Source of the DNA: Eledone cirrhosa
Taxonomy: Eukaryota
Direction: 5' to 3'
Assembly: GCA_964016885.1 (NCBI GenBank)
Contig: OZ024759.1
Location: 20,460,001-20,524,000, forward strand
Length of the DNA stretch: 64,000 nt
The notes under the pieces were generated by a model. That model was not told the origin of the DNA. It searched no databases and saw only the letters and a program-made list of their open reading frames with translations. Position numbers and translations under genes: made by a program. This document shows positions 39,838 to 51,627 of the stretch, piece by piece (within the stretch, counting starts at the first letter, position 1; each line of letters starts with the position of its first letter).

Positions 39838-42216
39838 CAAGAGTCACTGGAATTGGCAAGGAAGACCTACAGACTTCGATGGGAAGCCGAGACTGTTGGT
39901 GTGAAGTTGTGCTTAGTGCCTCACCTAAGAGACACTAGAATTGGCAAGGAAGACCTACAGACCTCGATGGGATGCCGAGACTGTTGGTGTGAAGTTGTGC
40001 TTAGTGCCTCACCTAAGAAACACTGGAATTGGCAAGGAAGACCTACAGACCTCGATGGGAAGCCGAGACTGTTGGTGTGAAGTTGTGCTTAGTGCCTCAC
40101 CTAAGAAACACTGGAATTGGCAAGGAAGACCTACAGACCTCGATGGGAAACAGAACCTGTTGGTCTGAAGTTGTGCTTAGTGTCTCACCTAAGAGACACT
40201 GGAATTGGCAAGGAAGACCTACAGACCTCGATGGGAAGCCGAGACTGTTGGTGTGAAGTTGTGCTTAGTGTCTCACCTAAGAGACACTGGAATTGGCAAG
40301 GAAGACCTACAGACCTCGATGGGAAGCCGAGACTGTTGGTGTGAAGTTGTGCTTAGTGTCTCACCTAAGAGACACTGGAATTGGCAAGGAAGACCTACAG
40401 ACCTCGATGGGAAGCCGAGACTGTTGGTGTGAAGTTGTGCTTAGTGTCTCACCTAAGAGACACTGGAATTGGCAAGGAAGACTTACAGACCTCGATGGGA
40501 AACAGAACCTGTTGGCACGAAGTTGTGCTTAGTGTCTCACCTAAGAGACACTGGAATTGGAAAGGAAGACCTACAGACCTCGATGGGAAACAGAACCTGT
40601 TGGCACGAAGTTGTGCTTAGTGTCTCACCTAAGAAACACTGGAATTGGCAAGGAAGACCTACAGACCTCGATGGGAAACAGAACCTGTTGGCACGAAGTT
40701 GTGCTTAGTGTTTCACCTAAGAGACACTGGAATTGGCAAGGAAGACCTACAGACTTCGATGGGAAGCCGAGACTGTTGGTGTGAAGTTGCGCTTAGTGTC
40801 TCACCTAAGAGACACTGGAATTGGCAAGGAAGACCTACAGACTTCGATGGGAAGCCGAGACGGTTGGTGTGAAGTTGTGCTTAGTGTCTCACCTAAGAGA
40901 CACTGGAATTGGCAAGGAAGACCTACAGACCTCGATGGGAAACTGAGACTGTTGGTGTGAAGTTGTGCTTAGTGTCTCATCTAAGAGACACTGGAATTGG
41001 CAAGGAAGACCTACAGACTTCGATGGGAAGCCGAGACTGTTGGTGTGAAGTTGTGCTTAGTGTCTCACCTAAGAGACACTGGAATTGGCAAGGAAGACCT
41101 ACAGACCTCGATGGGAAACAGAACCTTTGGAATGAAGTTGTACTTAGTGTCTCACCTAAGAGACACTGGAATTGGCAAGGAAGACCTACAGACCTCGATG
41201 GGAAACCGAGACTGTTGGTGTGAAGTTGTGCTTAGTGTCTCACCTAAGAGTGACTGGAATTGGCAAGGAAGACCTACAGACCTCGATGGGAAACCGAGAC
41301 TGTTGGTGTGAAGTTGTGCTTAGTGTCTCACCTAAGAGACACTGGAATTGGCAAGGAAGACTTACAGACCTCGATGGGAAACCGAGACTGTTGGTGTGAA
41401 GTTGTGCTTAGTGTCTCATCTAAGAGACACTGGAATTGGCAAGGAAGACCTACAGACTTCGATGGGAAGCCGAGACTGTTGGTGTGAAGTTGTGCTTAGT
41501 GTCTCACCTAAGAGACACTGGAATTGGCAAGGAAGACCTACAGACTTCGATGGGAAACCGAGACTGTTGGTGTGAAGTTGTGCTTAGTGTCTCACCTAAG
41601 AGACACTGGAATTGGCAAGGAAGACCTACAGACCTCGATGGGAAACAGAACCTGTTGGTATGAAGTTGTGCTTAGTGTCTCACCTAAGAGACACTGGAAT
41701 TGGCAAGGAAGACCTACAGACCTCGATGGGAAACAGAACCTGCTGGTGTGAAGTTGTGCTTAGTGTCTCACCTAAGAGACACTGGAATTGGCAAGGAAAA
41801 CTTACAGACCTCGATGGGAAACCGAGACTGTTGGTGTGAAGTTGTGCTTAGTGTTTCACCTAAGAGACACTGGAATTGGCAAGGAAGACCTACAGACCTC
41901 GATGGGAAACCGAGACTGTTGGTATGAAGTTGTGCTTAGTGTCTCACCTAAGAGACACTGGAATTGGCAAGGAAGACCTACAGACTTAGATGGGAAACCG
42001 AGACTGTTAGTGTGAAGTTGTGCTTAGTGTCTCACCTAAGAGACACTAGAATTGGCAAGGAAGACCTACAGACCTCGATGGGAAACAGAACCTGTTGGTA
42101 TGAAGTTGTGCTTAGTGTCTCACCTAAGAGACACTGGAATTGGCAAGGAAGACCTACAGACCTCGATGGGAAACCGAGATTGTTGGTGTGAAGTTGTGCT
42201 TAGTGTCTCACCTAAG
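39838..42216. repeat. 88-bp tandem array, 27 units
   Basis: The unit is GACACTGGAATTGGCAAGGAAGACCTACAGACCTCGATGGGAAGCCGAGACTGTTGGTGTGAAGTTGTGCTTAGTGTCTCACCTAAGA. One unit, at about 41085, is 87 bp. Confidence 0.98.
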
Positions 42217-43800
42217 GGTGATGGATAAGATAAAAGATAAGCATGGTCATATGCTGGCCACCTACAGAGTACCTTGCTAAGGTTTGTACCTGGGAGAGGA
42301 ACTTTCTAGATGCAAACCTATGGTTATTCATGGACTAAAAACTGATGATGATGATAACAAGGGGGGTGATGATGATGATGATGATGATAAACACGGATTC
42401 TATTTACACTCATTCAATACATCAGAATTTATTTCAATAATGATGATTGTGATGGTGATGATACTGATGATTGTGATGGTGATGATGATTGTGATGATAC
42501 TGATGATTGTGATGGTGGGGATACTGATGATTGTGGTGGTGATGATTGTGATGATACTGATGATTGTGATGGTGGGGATACTGATGATTTTGATGGTGGG
42601 GATACTGATGACTGTGATGGTGATGATCATGACAGCTATGATGATGATAATGATGATGATGACAATGGTGGCACTGACAATGACGATGATAATACACCTG
42701 TGCTCTATTACATCCACTCCGTTCGTTATATATTTCAGTCATCGGAATTTCATATATTTTTTTTTAAATATTTTTTACTTCTTTACATTTTGTTTTTTTT
42801 TACTTGCCATTTGATCTAAGAAGGTATTGAGATATTTCAAAAGACTTCAAACACACACATATACACACACACACACACATATACACATATGTACATACAC
42901 ACGTCCACATCCACACACACGTATACATACACTGTATACATACACATAGATACATGTACACATACACACTGACACATGCACACACAAGCCCACACCGATA
43001 TATGGACATATATATGTATGTATATGTAAGTGTATGTGTGTGTATATCTGTATGTATATATATATGTGCATGTGTGTGTATGTATATTTGTATGTGTGTG
43101 TGTGTGTATATATATATATATTTATATATGTATATGTTTATGTATGTATATATGTATGTATGTATGTATGTATATATGTATATATATGTATATGTATATA
43201 TGTATATATATGTATGTATATATGTATATATATATATGTATATATATATATGTATGTATATATATATATATATGTATGTATATATGTATGTATACATGTA
43301 TGTATATATGTATATATGTATGTATATATATATATGTATATATATATATGTATATATATATATGTATATATGTATATGTATATATGTATGTATATATGTA
43401 TATATATATGTATGTATATATGTATAATAAATATATATGTATGTATATATATGTATATATGTATGTATATATATCTATATGTATATGTATGTATATATAT
43501 GTATATGTATGTATGTATATGTATGTATATATATATATATATAGATGTATATATATGTATATGTATGTATATATATGTATATATATGTATATATATATAT
43601 GTATATAAGTATAAAATGGTCTTTTCCTCCATTTTTCTCTCTCTAACATCCCCAATATTGATGTCAGGTCAGTTGTCTTTGATTTTATTATCAGTCTGTA
43701 CAAACATGTTCCCCCCAGAGTATTTCCACATCTATCAACATTAAACTCACTCATCACTCACATATTTTCTCATACTTCCAAATCCTCAACGCCTTGTGTA

Positions 43801-43837
<37 letters not shown>

Positions 43838-44003
43838 TCTATTTATACATACATACACACATATATGTATGTATGTGTGTGTATATATCTATATATATAT
43901 ATACATTGGTCTCCATTTCGATATTCTTGCACTGAAATATCTATTTGTAAACTTATTTATTAATTTACACTTTGCACACGTTCCTAGACTCGCGTATATA
44001 TAT

Positions 44004-44036
<33 letters not shown>

Positions 44037-44199
44037 GGTATATATATAGGTATATAGGTATGTGTATATCTACATATATGCATGTTTATATTTATATATA
44101 TGTATATTTGAATATATACATAGATATGTGTGTGTGTGTATCTGTATATATATATATGCACATACACACACACACACACATATATATATATATGCACAT

Positions 44200-44256
<57 letters not shown>

Positions 44257-44257
44257 T

Positions 44258-44303
<46 letters not shown>

Positions 44304-44829
44304 GCACATATATATATATATATGTATATATACGCACATACACAAATATATACCTTTTATAATATATGAAATCTTAGAAAATACCAAGGTTGTTTATGAG
44401 GTTACTGACAGTCAACTTATTTTGCTGCTTTTTTTAAACCACCACCATCACCACCAGCACCATCAATACCATCATCACCACCACCACCACATTATTATTA
44501 TTATTATCATTCCTTCTTCTTTACGGTTCGGTGTCAGTCAAGCCAGGAAGAATATGAGAAGACATTGCGTGTGATTTTAAGATGGGCCAAAAGTTTCCAT
44601 TCAACTATAGCCTAGCTGTAACAACAACAACAACGACAATAATAATAATAATAATAACATGTAATAACATATAATATATAATGATATATAATGATAATAT
44701 ATAATGTTGGTGATAGTTATAATGGTGATACTAATAACTGCCTATCTTGACAAAACCTTTCTTGATTTTGGTCTGTGAAGTTCAAGACAAGATGATTTCA
44801 TTGCACGGAATGTGCATGTATGTATGAGT

Positions 44830-44861
<32 letters not shown>

Positions 44862-44980
44862 TATTCATATATATAAATGTGTGTGTGTGTGTATTTATAT
44901 GCATATATATGTATATATATATATATACACACGTATACATATTCATATATATAAATGTGTGTGTGTGTGTATTTATATGC

Positions 44981-45015
<35 letters not shown>

Positions 45016-45089
45016 TACGTATGGATATTCATATATATATACACGTATGTATATTCATATATATATATATATACAGACACGTATGTATA

Positions 45090-45126
<37 letters not shown>

Positions 45127-45360
45127 ATAATAAATTTGAAGACTAAAATCCAAAGAGGGCCTCGATAAGGATAAATATATCTTTGCTTAAACTTTTATCT
45201 GTTATTTTAATAAATACATATATATATATATATAATGTAGGAGGTGAGTTTTATTGTAGTACAATAAAGCAATGCAGATATCGGATAAGAAGCACTCTAC
45301 AGTTTGTAGGACTGGAGTATACATAATATAAGATCAAAAGATGGTTAAAGGAGTTCCATG

Positions 45361-45431
45361 TATTTTATTATGCGCATTTCAAAAACAAACATCATCATGC
45401 AATAATATTTGTGTTTTCATCAGATAAAACA
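45361..45431 (-). ncRNA. Type I hammerhead ribozyme motif with minimal palindromic stem III
   Basis: UGUUUUAU-CUGAUGA-[15-bp stem II, 1 mismatch]-GAAA-U(GCGC)A-UA-AUAAAAUA. The core is intact and stem I is fully paired. Confidence 0.75.
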
Positions 45432-45560
45432 GGAGAACATGATATGAAGGCTAAAAAACACTTGTGGATAGTGCAGTTTTAAATCAACATATATATATGA
45501 TATGTTGATTTAAAACTGCACTATCCACAAGTGTTTTTTAGCCTTCATATCATGTTCTCC

Positions 45561-45631
45561 TGTTTCATCTGATGAAAACACAAATATTATTGCATGATGA
45601 TGTTTGTTTTTGAAATGCGCATAATAAAATA
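45561..45631 (+). ncRNA. Inverted second copy of the hammerhead motif
   Basis: CTGATGA at 45569-45575 and GAAATGCGCATA at 45612-45623, with one stem I mismatch. Confidence 0.7.
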
Positions 45632-45661
45632 CATGGAACTCCTTTAACCATCTTTTGATCT

Positions 45662-45705
<44 letters not shown>

Positions 45706-45712
45706 GTATGCA

Positions 45713-45749
<37 letters not shown>

Positions 45750-46037
45750 GTATGCATATATATATATATACGTATGTATATATATATATACACATATGTA
45801 TACATATGTGTGTATAAGTGTGTGTGTGAGATATATACATATTCACATACATCTATATATATACATGTCTGTTTGTATTCCTATATATGTATATATAAAC
45901 ACACACATATATTACTGAGGTTACTCTCTGTTGCTACTCTCAGTTGTCCAGATTGTAACTTGTGTTATTACTTAATTCCACTCAAACTCTTGCTTACTTC
46001 CTTTATAGACATTCTAACTCTGTGTAATGTCATGCCT

Positions 46038-46074
<37 letters not shown>

Positions 46075-46529
46075 CATTTTTTAAATTTCCATTCCAAAGT
46101 ATTTATATGTTCATCTCAATATGTAAACTATCACTTGCTAGTTTAATTTGTAGAATTTCTCACAGAGAATCTCTGTATAAAGCATTCAATTACACATATG
46201 TGATGTAGTATTTATTTTTAATTCCAATGATCCTATACAATGGTGCATCTAATGTTGCTTCCAAGTCTTCTCTAAATTAATGGCACTAGTGATGTGTTGA
46301 ATTTACTTCAACATTAGATTGTCAGATTCTTAGTGTTGTTGTTGTGGTTGTTGTTGTTGGGTGAGGTGTTGTAGTTCTTTGTGTTGTTGTTGTTGCTTTT
46401 ATAGCTAGACTATAGTTGAATTGAGATTTTTGGCCCATCTCAAAATCACTTGCAATGTCTTATATTCTTCCCGACTTGAATGACTCTGATATATATAGTT
46501 ATGTTGATGATGATGATGATGATGATGAT

Positions 46530-47830
46530 GGTTTCTGATTTAGGCACAAGGCCAGCAATTTTTCGGAGGTGGGGTGGGGGGATTTAATTAAATCGACCAC
46601 AGTACATTACTGGTACTTTATCAACCTTGTAAGGATGAAAGGCCAAGCTAACATCGGCAGTATTTGAACTCAGAATGTAAAGGGACGTAACTCAATTCCA
46701 TAAAGCATGGTATCTGATGCTCTACCAATACCACCAATCCACTATAATAATAATAATCATTTCTAATTGAGGCACAAGGCCAGCAACTTAGGGGAAGGGG
46801 AAAGTTGATTATATCGACCCCCTAGTATATAACTGGTACTTTATTTTATCAACCCTGTAAGGATGAAAGGCAAAGCTAACCTCGGTGATATTTAAACTCA
46901 GAACGTAAAGGGCCGCCATTCTGTGATGCAGAGCATGTTGTCCGATGTTCCGATACTGCCGAACCACTTCCCTCATGTGGATTGATGATGAATGTCAGAT
47001 AGAATGCTTTGCAGTATTTATTCCAACTCTTTGCTCTCTTAGTTCAAATCCCACTGATGTCAACTTTACCTTTCATTCATTTGAGGTTGATAAAAAAGAA
47101 GTACCAGTCTAGTACTGGTGTCAATTCTACTTCTATATCTCTTTCTCACCCTCCATCCTTCTCTAGAAGAAATCTGCTCTATTCAACAAAAGTAAAGTAC
47201 CAGTCTAGTACTGGGGTCAATTCTTCATCTATATCTCTTTCTCACCCTCCATCCTTCTCTAGAAGAAATCTGCTCTGTTCAGATCTGAAGAAGAGATGGT
47301 TTAAAAATACCCTAGAAATGCTTTATGTCAATACAGCACTCTTATGACTCCCTCAGGAGTTATGAGACTACACATGCATATGTTCATCACCAGCATCACA
47401 CATCTGCTTTGCCATGTTTACATACTATTCCGTCTCTGAGTAATATATCTCTAGTTTGTTTAACTTGTGGATTGTCTCTTGGAGAATGTTTGTAGAAATC
47501 ATCTGATAACATGTGTAATGTATGAGATGTATTTTGAGTTCTAATTCCAAATGATAATTAACAATCAGTATAGTGGTTAGATAGCAAGGAATTGTCAGTG
47601 GTTTAAATGGTGGATAGAATGCGTTGTGGTATTCATTTCTACTCTTGGCCCACGGAGTACAAATCCCACCGAGGTCAACTTTGCCTTTCATATATTCGAG
47701 GTCAATAAAAGCAGTAGCAGTCAAGTACTGGAGTTGATTTTTTCCTCTATATCTCTTTCTCACTTTGATTCTCTCACTCTCTCTATGTACGTCAATATGG
47801 TGCCCCTTTGACTTCCTCAGGAGTTACAGG
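46530..47830. mobile_element. SINE family B cluster: minus 46530-46742 and 46750-46966; plus about 47000-47300 and 47585-47830 (alternative tail)
   Basis: B box plus (G/A)CCTTTCAT core in each copy. A 96-bp tandem duplication starts at 47099 and 47195. Confidence 0.75.
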
Positions 47831-47849
47831 ATAAAATAAAGTCAGAGAA

Positions 47850-47932
47850 TTGGATTGACAATCATGAGGTTGCGAGTTCGATTCCTGGATCAGACGATGT
47901 GTTATGTCCTTGAGCAAGACACATTATTTCAC
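47850..47932 (+). mobile_element. tRNA/CORE-like SINE fragment
   Basis: GAGTTCGATTCC...TCCTTGAGCAAGACACATTATTTCACA. Confidence 0.65.
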
Positions 47933-48059
47933 AGGAGTTTCAACTGGTAGATAGTATCAGCAAAGGAAAGTTCAATGGAAAAATTGTTTGTTTAGTCTGA
48001 TTTTATAAGCTCTACTCTACTTGGTAAGCAAATGAGATCTGGGATCTTGTTGAGCGATC

Positions 48060-48530
48060 TAGTTGAGGAGTGCACCATCAATCTGTCTTCAGCACACTTC
48101 TATTTATTATAGTCCTCCATCCAGGTCATAATGGTGAAGTTTAACCCTTTAACATTTAAACCGGCCAGAATTTTCTCACTTCTTTCTGTTCTTATCAGTT
48201 GTAACCGGCCACTCATACTTATGTTAAGGTATTGTTCTTAAAATCAATAACATCAACATCTCATAGATTCAATATTATGTGAGTTAATTATGTAAGATAA
48301 AGCCTTTACCACAAAAATACAATAGTATATATGGAGAAATGTAAATGCTAAAGGGTTGAGACTGGCTGTCTGTGGAATGCAGATGACCAAGTTCTTATAG
48401 TTGAATCTACAGAAGAACTAGAGAAGAAATTCTAGACATAGAAGGAAAATCTGAAAATCCTGAAGGTCAACTTAGGCAACACTAAAGTTTAGTGTAGAAA
48501 AAATAATAGGGTCCTGATTCCATCTGAGAA
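48060..48530 (+). pseudogene. Decayed RTE reverse-transcriptase fragment interrupted by a MITE
   Basis: GVHHQSVFSTLLFIIVL...FK|TGCLW.ADD.VLI.ESTEELEKKF*T*KENL..LKVNLG.TKV is collinear with the 794-aa ORF. Confidence 0.75.
48145..48355 (+). mobile_element. TTAA-flanked MITE family P1 nested in the RTE relic
   Basis: TTAA|CCCTTTAACATTTA...TAAATGCTAAAGGG|TTGA. Confidence 0.8.
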
Positions 48531-48822
48531 ACCCCCAAAGTCGAAAGTCCCTCTCTCCAGCCTGGAGGCTCCTTAGGCAAGTGCTTATTCTGGTTTCATT
48601 GGCATTAAGCGACTAAGAGCACAAGATGCCACCCTAGACAAGTACTGTATTATTTTGATGTGACGTTTATCCATTTACTTTTCACACACACACACATTTA
48701 TGCAAAGGTGTTTGTATGTATGTATACATTTGAATAGATACATTTCTCTCTACATAAAATAATTTGCTTTTCTCCTCCCTTCTCTCTGTCTCTATCACTC
48801 TCATCTTTTCTTTCTCCCCACT

Positions 48823-48856
<34 letters not shown>

Positions 48857-48950
48857 GAGAGAGAGAGAGAGAGAAGATCGTGGGGAGAAAGAAAAGATGA
48901 GTGATAGAGACAGAAGGGAGGAGAAAAGCATATATATATAGAGAGAGAGA

Positions 48951-51627
48951 TCATCATCAACGTTTAACGTCCGTGTTCCACGCATGCATGGGTTTGGACG
49001 GGGGTTTTCCCACTTGAGGCAAGAGTGATTGTCTTGCTCGCATAGGACTGTCTGGCGGGTTTTCTACAGTTGGATGCCCTTCCTAACACCAACCACATTT
49101 ACAGTGTGGACTGGGAGGTTTTTACCGTGTTGCCTACACGGCCACATTACAGCGTGGACTGTGTGTTTTTTTGTCGTGACACCTACACGATCTCATTTGT
49201 TTCGGCCTGGATGTTGTGGCACCAACATAACTCTACATAGAAGGGGCGGTGTGGATGGGGTGGTGGTGGTGGGACGGGGGTGTATTTTGTTAGAGATGCC
49301 TACTGACTGTAGTAGGTTTTACTTTGTATTTAGGTAAGGCGGGTCTTCTCTATTACTGAGTACCGCCAAAGGTCTCGGTCCAGTGACATTGTCTTGGTGA
49401 GGTGTAAGTGTGTGAGGTCGGAGTTTATCAGCTCGTCCCAGGTTTTTCTGGGTCTGCCTATTCCGTGGCTACCGTCTATCTTTATTGCCCTGCACTTTGT
49501 TATACAGCTATCGTCCTTCATGCGCATCACGTGTTCATACCAGCGTAGCCTTCTCTCGAGTAAACAACATCTGATCCCTCTTATTTCTAATTTTTTCCTT
49601 AGTTCGTTTATGCTTTGTCGTTCACGTATATTACTATTACACATCCAGCGGAGCATGCAAGCTTCGTTTCTCTCTAGTCTGCGTATATCTTCTGCACACG
49701 ATGCCCAGGTCTCACTGCCATGCAACATTGCTGTTCGTATGCAGGCATCGTACAACCTGCCTTTCATTTTTAGGGAGAACCCTTTAGCGGCTAATAGTGG
49801 TATAAGCTCTCTGAACTTTTTCCACCCAGTTCTGACTCTAGCTACTGTACTTTCAGAGCACCCTCCCCCACTGCTGATTTTGTCACCCAGGTAACGGAAG
49901 CTGTCCACTATTTCTATAGAACCCTCTGCGCAGTTGAAAGAGCTAGTATTTTGTGGGCACTTGCTGCTACTTATTGCGCCAGAACACCGGCCACATGTAA
50001 AATCTATGTTCTTAGTTAGCTTACCTGTGATCCCACTACATCTTTTATGCACCCAAACTTTGCATTTGGGACACAAAATGGAGTTTCTACCTACGCCTTT
50101 CCTACACTCTGCGCATGGCCACTTCCCGGAGGGGACCGCCGCCTTATTTTCTTTCTTACAAACTAGAACTTTAGTCTTAGCCAGGTTAATTTTAAGGCCT
50201 TTTGATTCTAGGCCGTGCTTCCATGTTTGGAATTTCTTCTCTAGCTCGGCCATTGATTCCGCTATGAGTGTCAGGTCGTCTGCGTATAGGAGTTCCCATG
50301 GGCAGCCGGTCTTGAACTCCTCTGTTATAGCCTGAAGGGCAATAATAAATAGTAGGGGGCTGAGAACAGAGCCCTGATGGACGCCAACTTTTACGCTAAA
50401 CTCTTCACTATATTCGTTGTTAATTCTAACCTTGCTGACTGTTTCTTTATACATGGCTTGTATAGCTCTCACAAGCCATTCGTCAACGTCTAGTTTTCTA
50501 AGAGCCCACCAGATAATGGAGCGGGGGACTCTGTCGAAGGCTTTCTCCAAGTCGACAAAAGCTAAGTAGAGGGGTTTACCTTTAGCTAGGTACTTCTCCT
50601 GTAGTTGTCGTACAATGAAAAGAGCGTCTGTGGTACTTTTTCCTGACACAAACCCGAACTGCATTTCATCTAGGTCAATTCTCTCTCTGATTAGTTGTGC
50701 TATTACTTTTTCCGTGACCTTCATAACCTGGTCGATTAGTTTAATGCCTCTATAGTTACTCCTATCTAGGGCGTCTCCTTTACCCTTATAACAGTTAACG
50801 ATGATGCTGCTATGCCAGTCCTTCGGAACAACCCCATTCTGTATGACTTGGTTGACTATCCGGGTGACCATGGTGTGTCCCACCGTACCAGATGCCTTCA
50901 GCATCTCGGCAACTATTTCCGAAGGCCCAGCCGCCTTGCCTGTCTTCATATCTTTGATTGCCTTACTTATTATACTACCCTCGACTAACACTACTGGTCC
51001 CTCTATTGGGTCGATGTGGGGGAGACTGTCTTTCTCCCATTTATTCTCCTCATTTAGTAGCCTTTCATAGTGACACTTCCAAGCTACCTTCTTATCGGTG
51101 TCGGTGATGGCAAGTACGCCGTCATCGTTAAGTACACACTTCTCCCCGACAATATCACTGTTTTCCTTGACACATTGCCTAGCAATCCTGAACACCTCAC
51201 GTTTTTGGTCCTCACGTTGTAGAACATGCTTGAACTTTCTTTCCTCTGCTTCCCTTCTTGCGAAGTACACTTGTCTCCTAGCTTCCCTCCTGGCCACTTG
51301 ATAGTCTTCTCTGCTTCCCCCATCCCGCCATACTTTCCAAGCCTGCTTTTTGGCCTTAATTGACCCCTCCACCTTACTGTTCCACCACCATGTTACTCTC
51401 CTCCTGCCTACAGGCCTGCTCCAGCCACAGACTTCGTCTGTCGCCGTCAGCAGGTTTGCTTTCAGGAATTCCCACTGTTCCTCTACCTTGTACGACTCTA
51501 ATTGCTCTTCCTTACTGTCGAAAGTATCAAGTAATATGCTTTGGAATTTATTTTTGGCTGTGGGGTCCTTTAGTTTCCATATTTTTCTCCTGAGGATAGT
51601 CCTCTTCTGTTGTCTAGTACGTCTCGT
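48951..51627 (-). mobile_element. Young 5'-truncated RTE-clade LINE (endonuclease domain absent), with a 3'UTR of about 380 bp and a (GAT)n tail
   Basis: Uninterrupted RT frame. The tail reads GGACGTTAAACGTTGATGATGA, and the 5' junction falls in a TA/GATA tract. Confidence 0.93.

Noticed and set aside
39853-42191. Series of 75-aa MARKTYRPRW ORFs
   Set aside because: They are an artefact of an 88-bp unit (not a multiple of 3) read from TTG starts.
39838-42216. CRISPR-like array (hairpin repeats at regular spacing)
   Set aside because: There are no unique spacers because the whole 88 bp repeats. There are no cas genes, and the context is eukaryotic.
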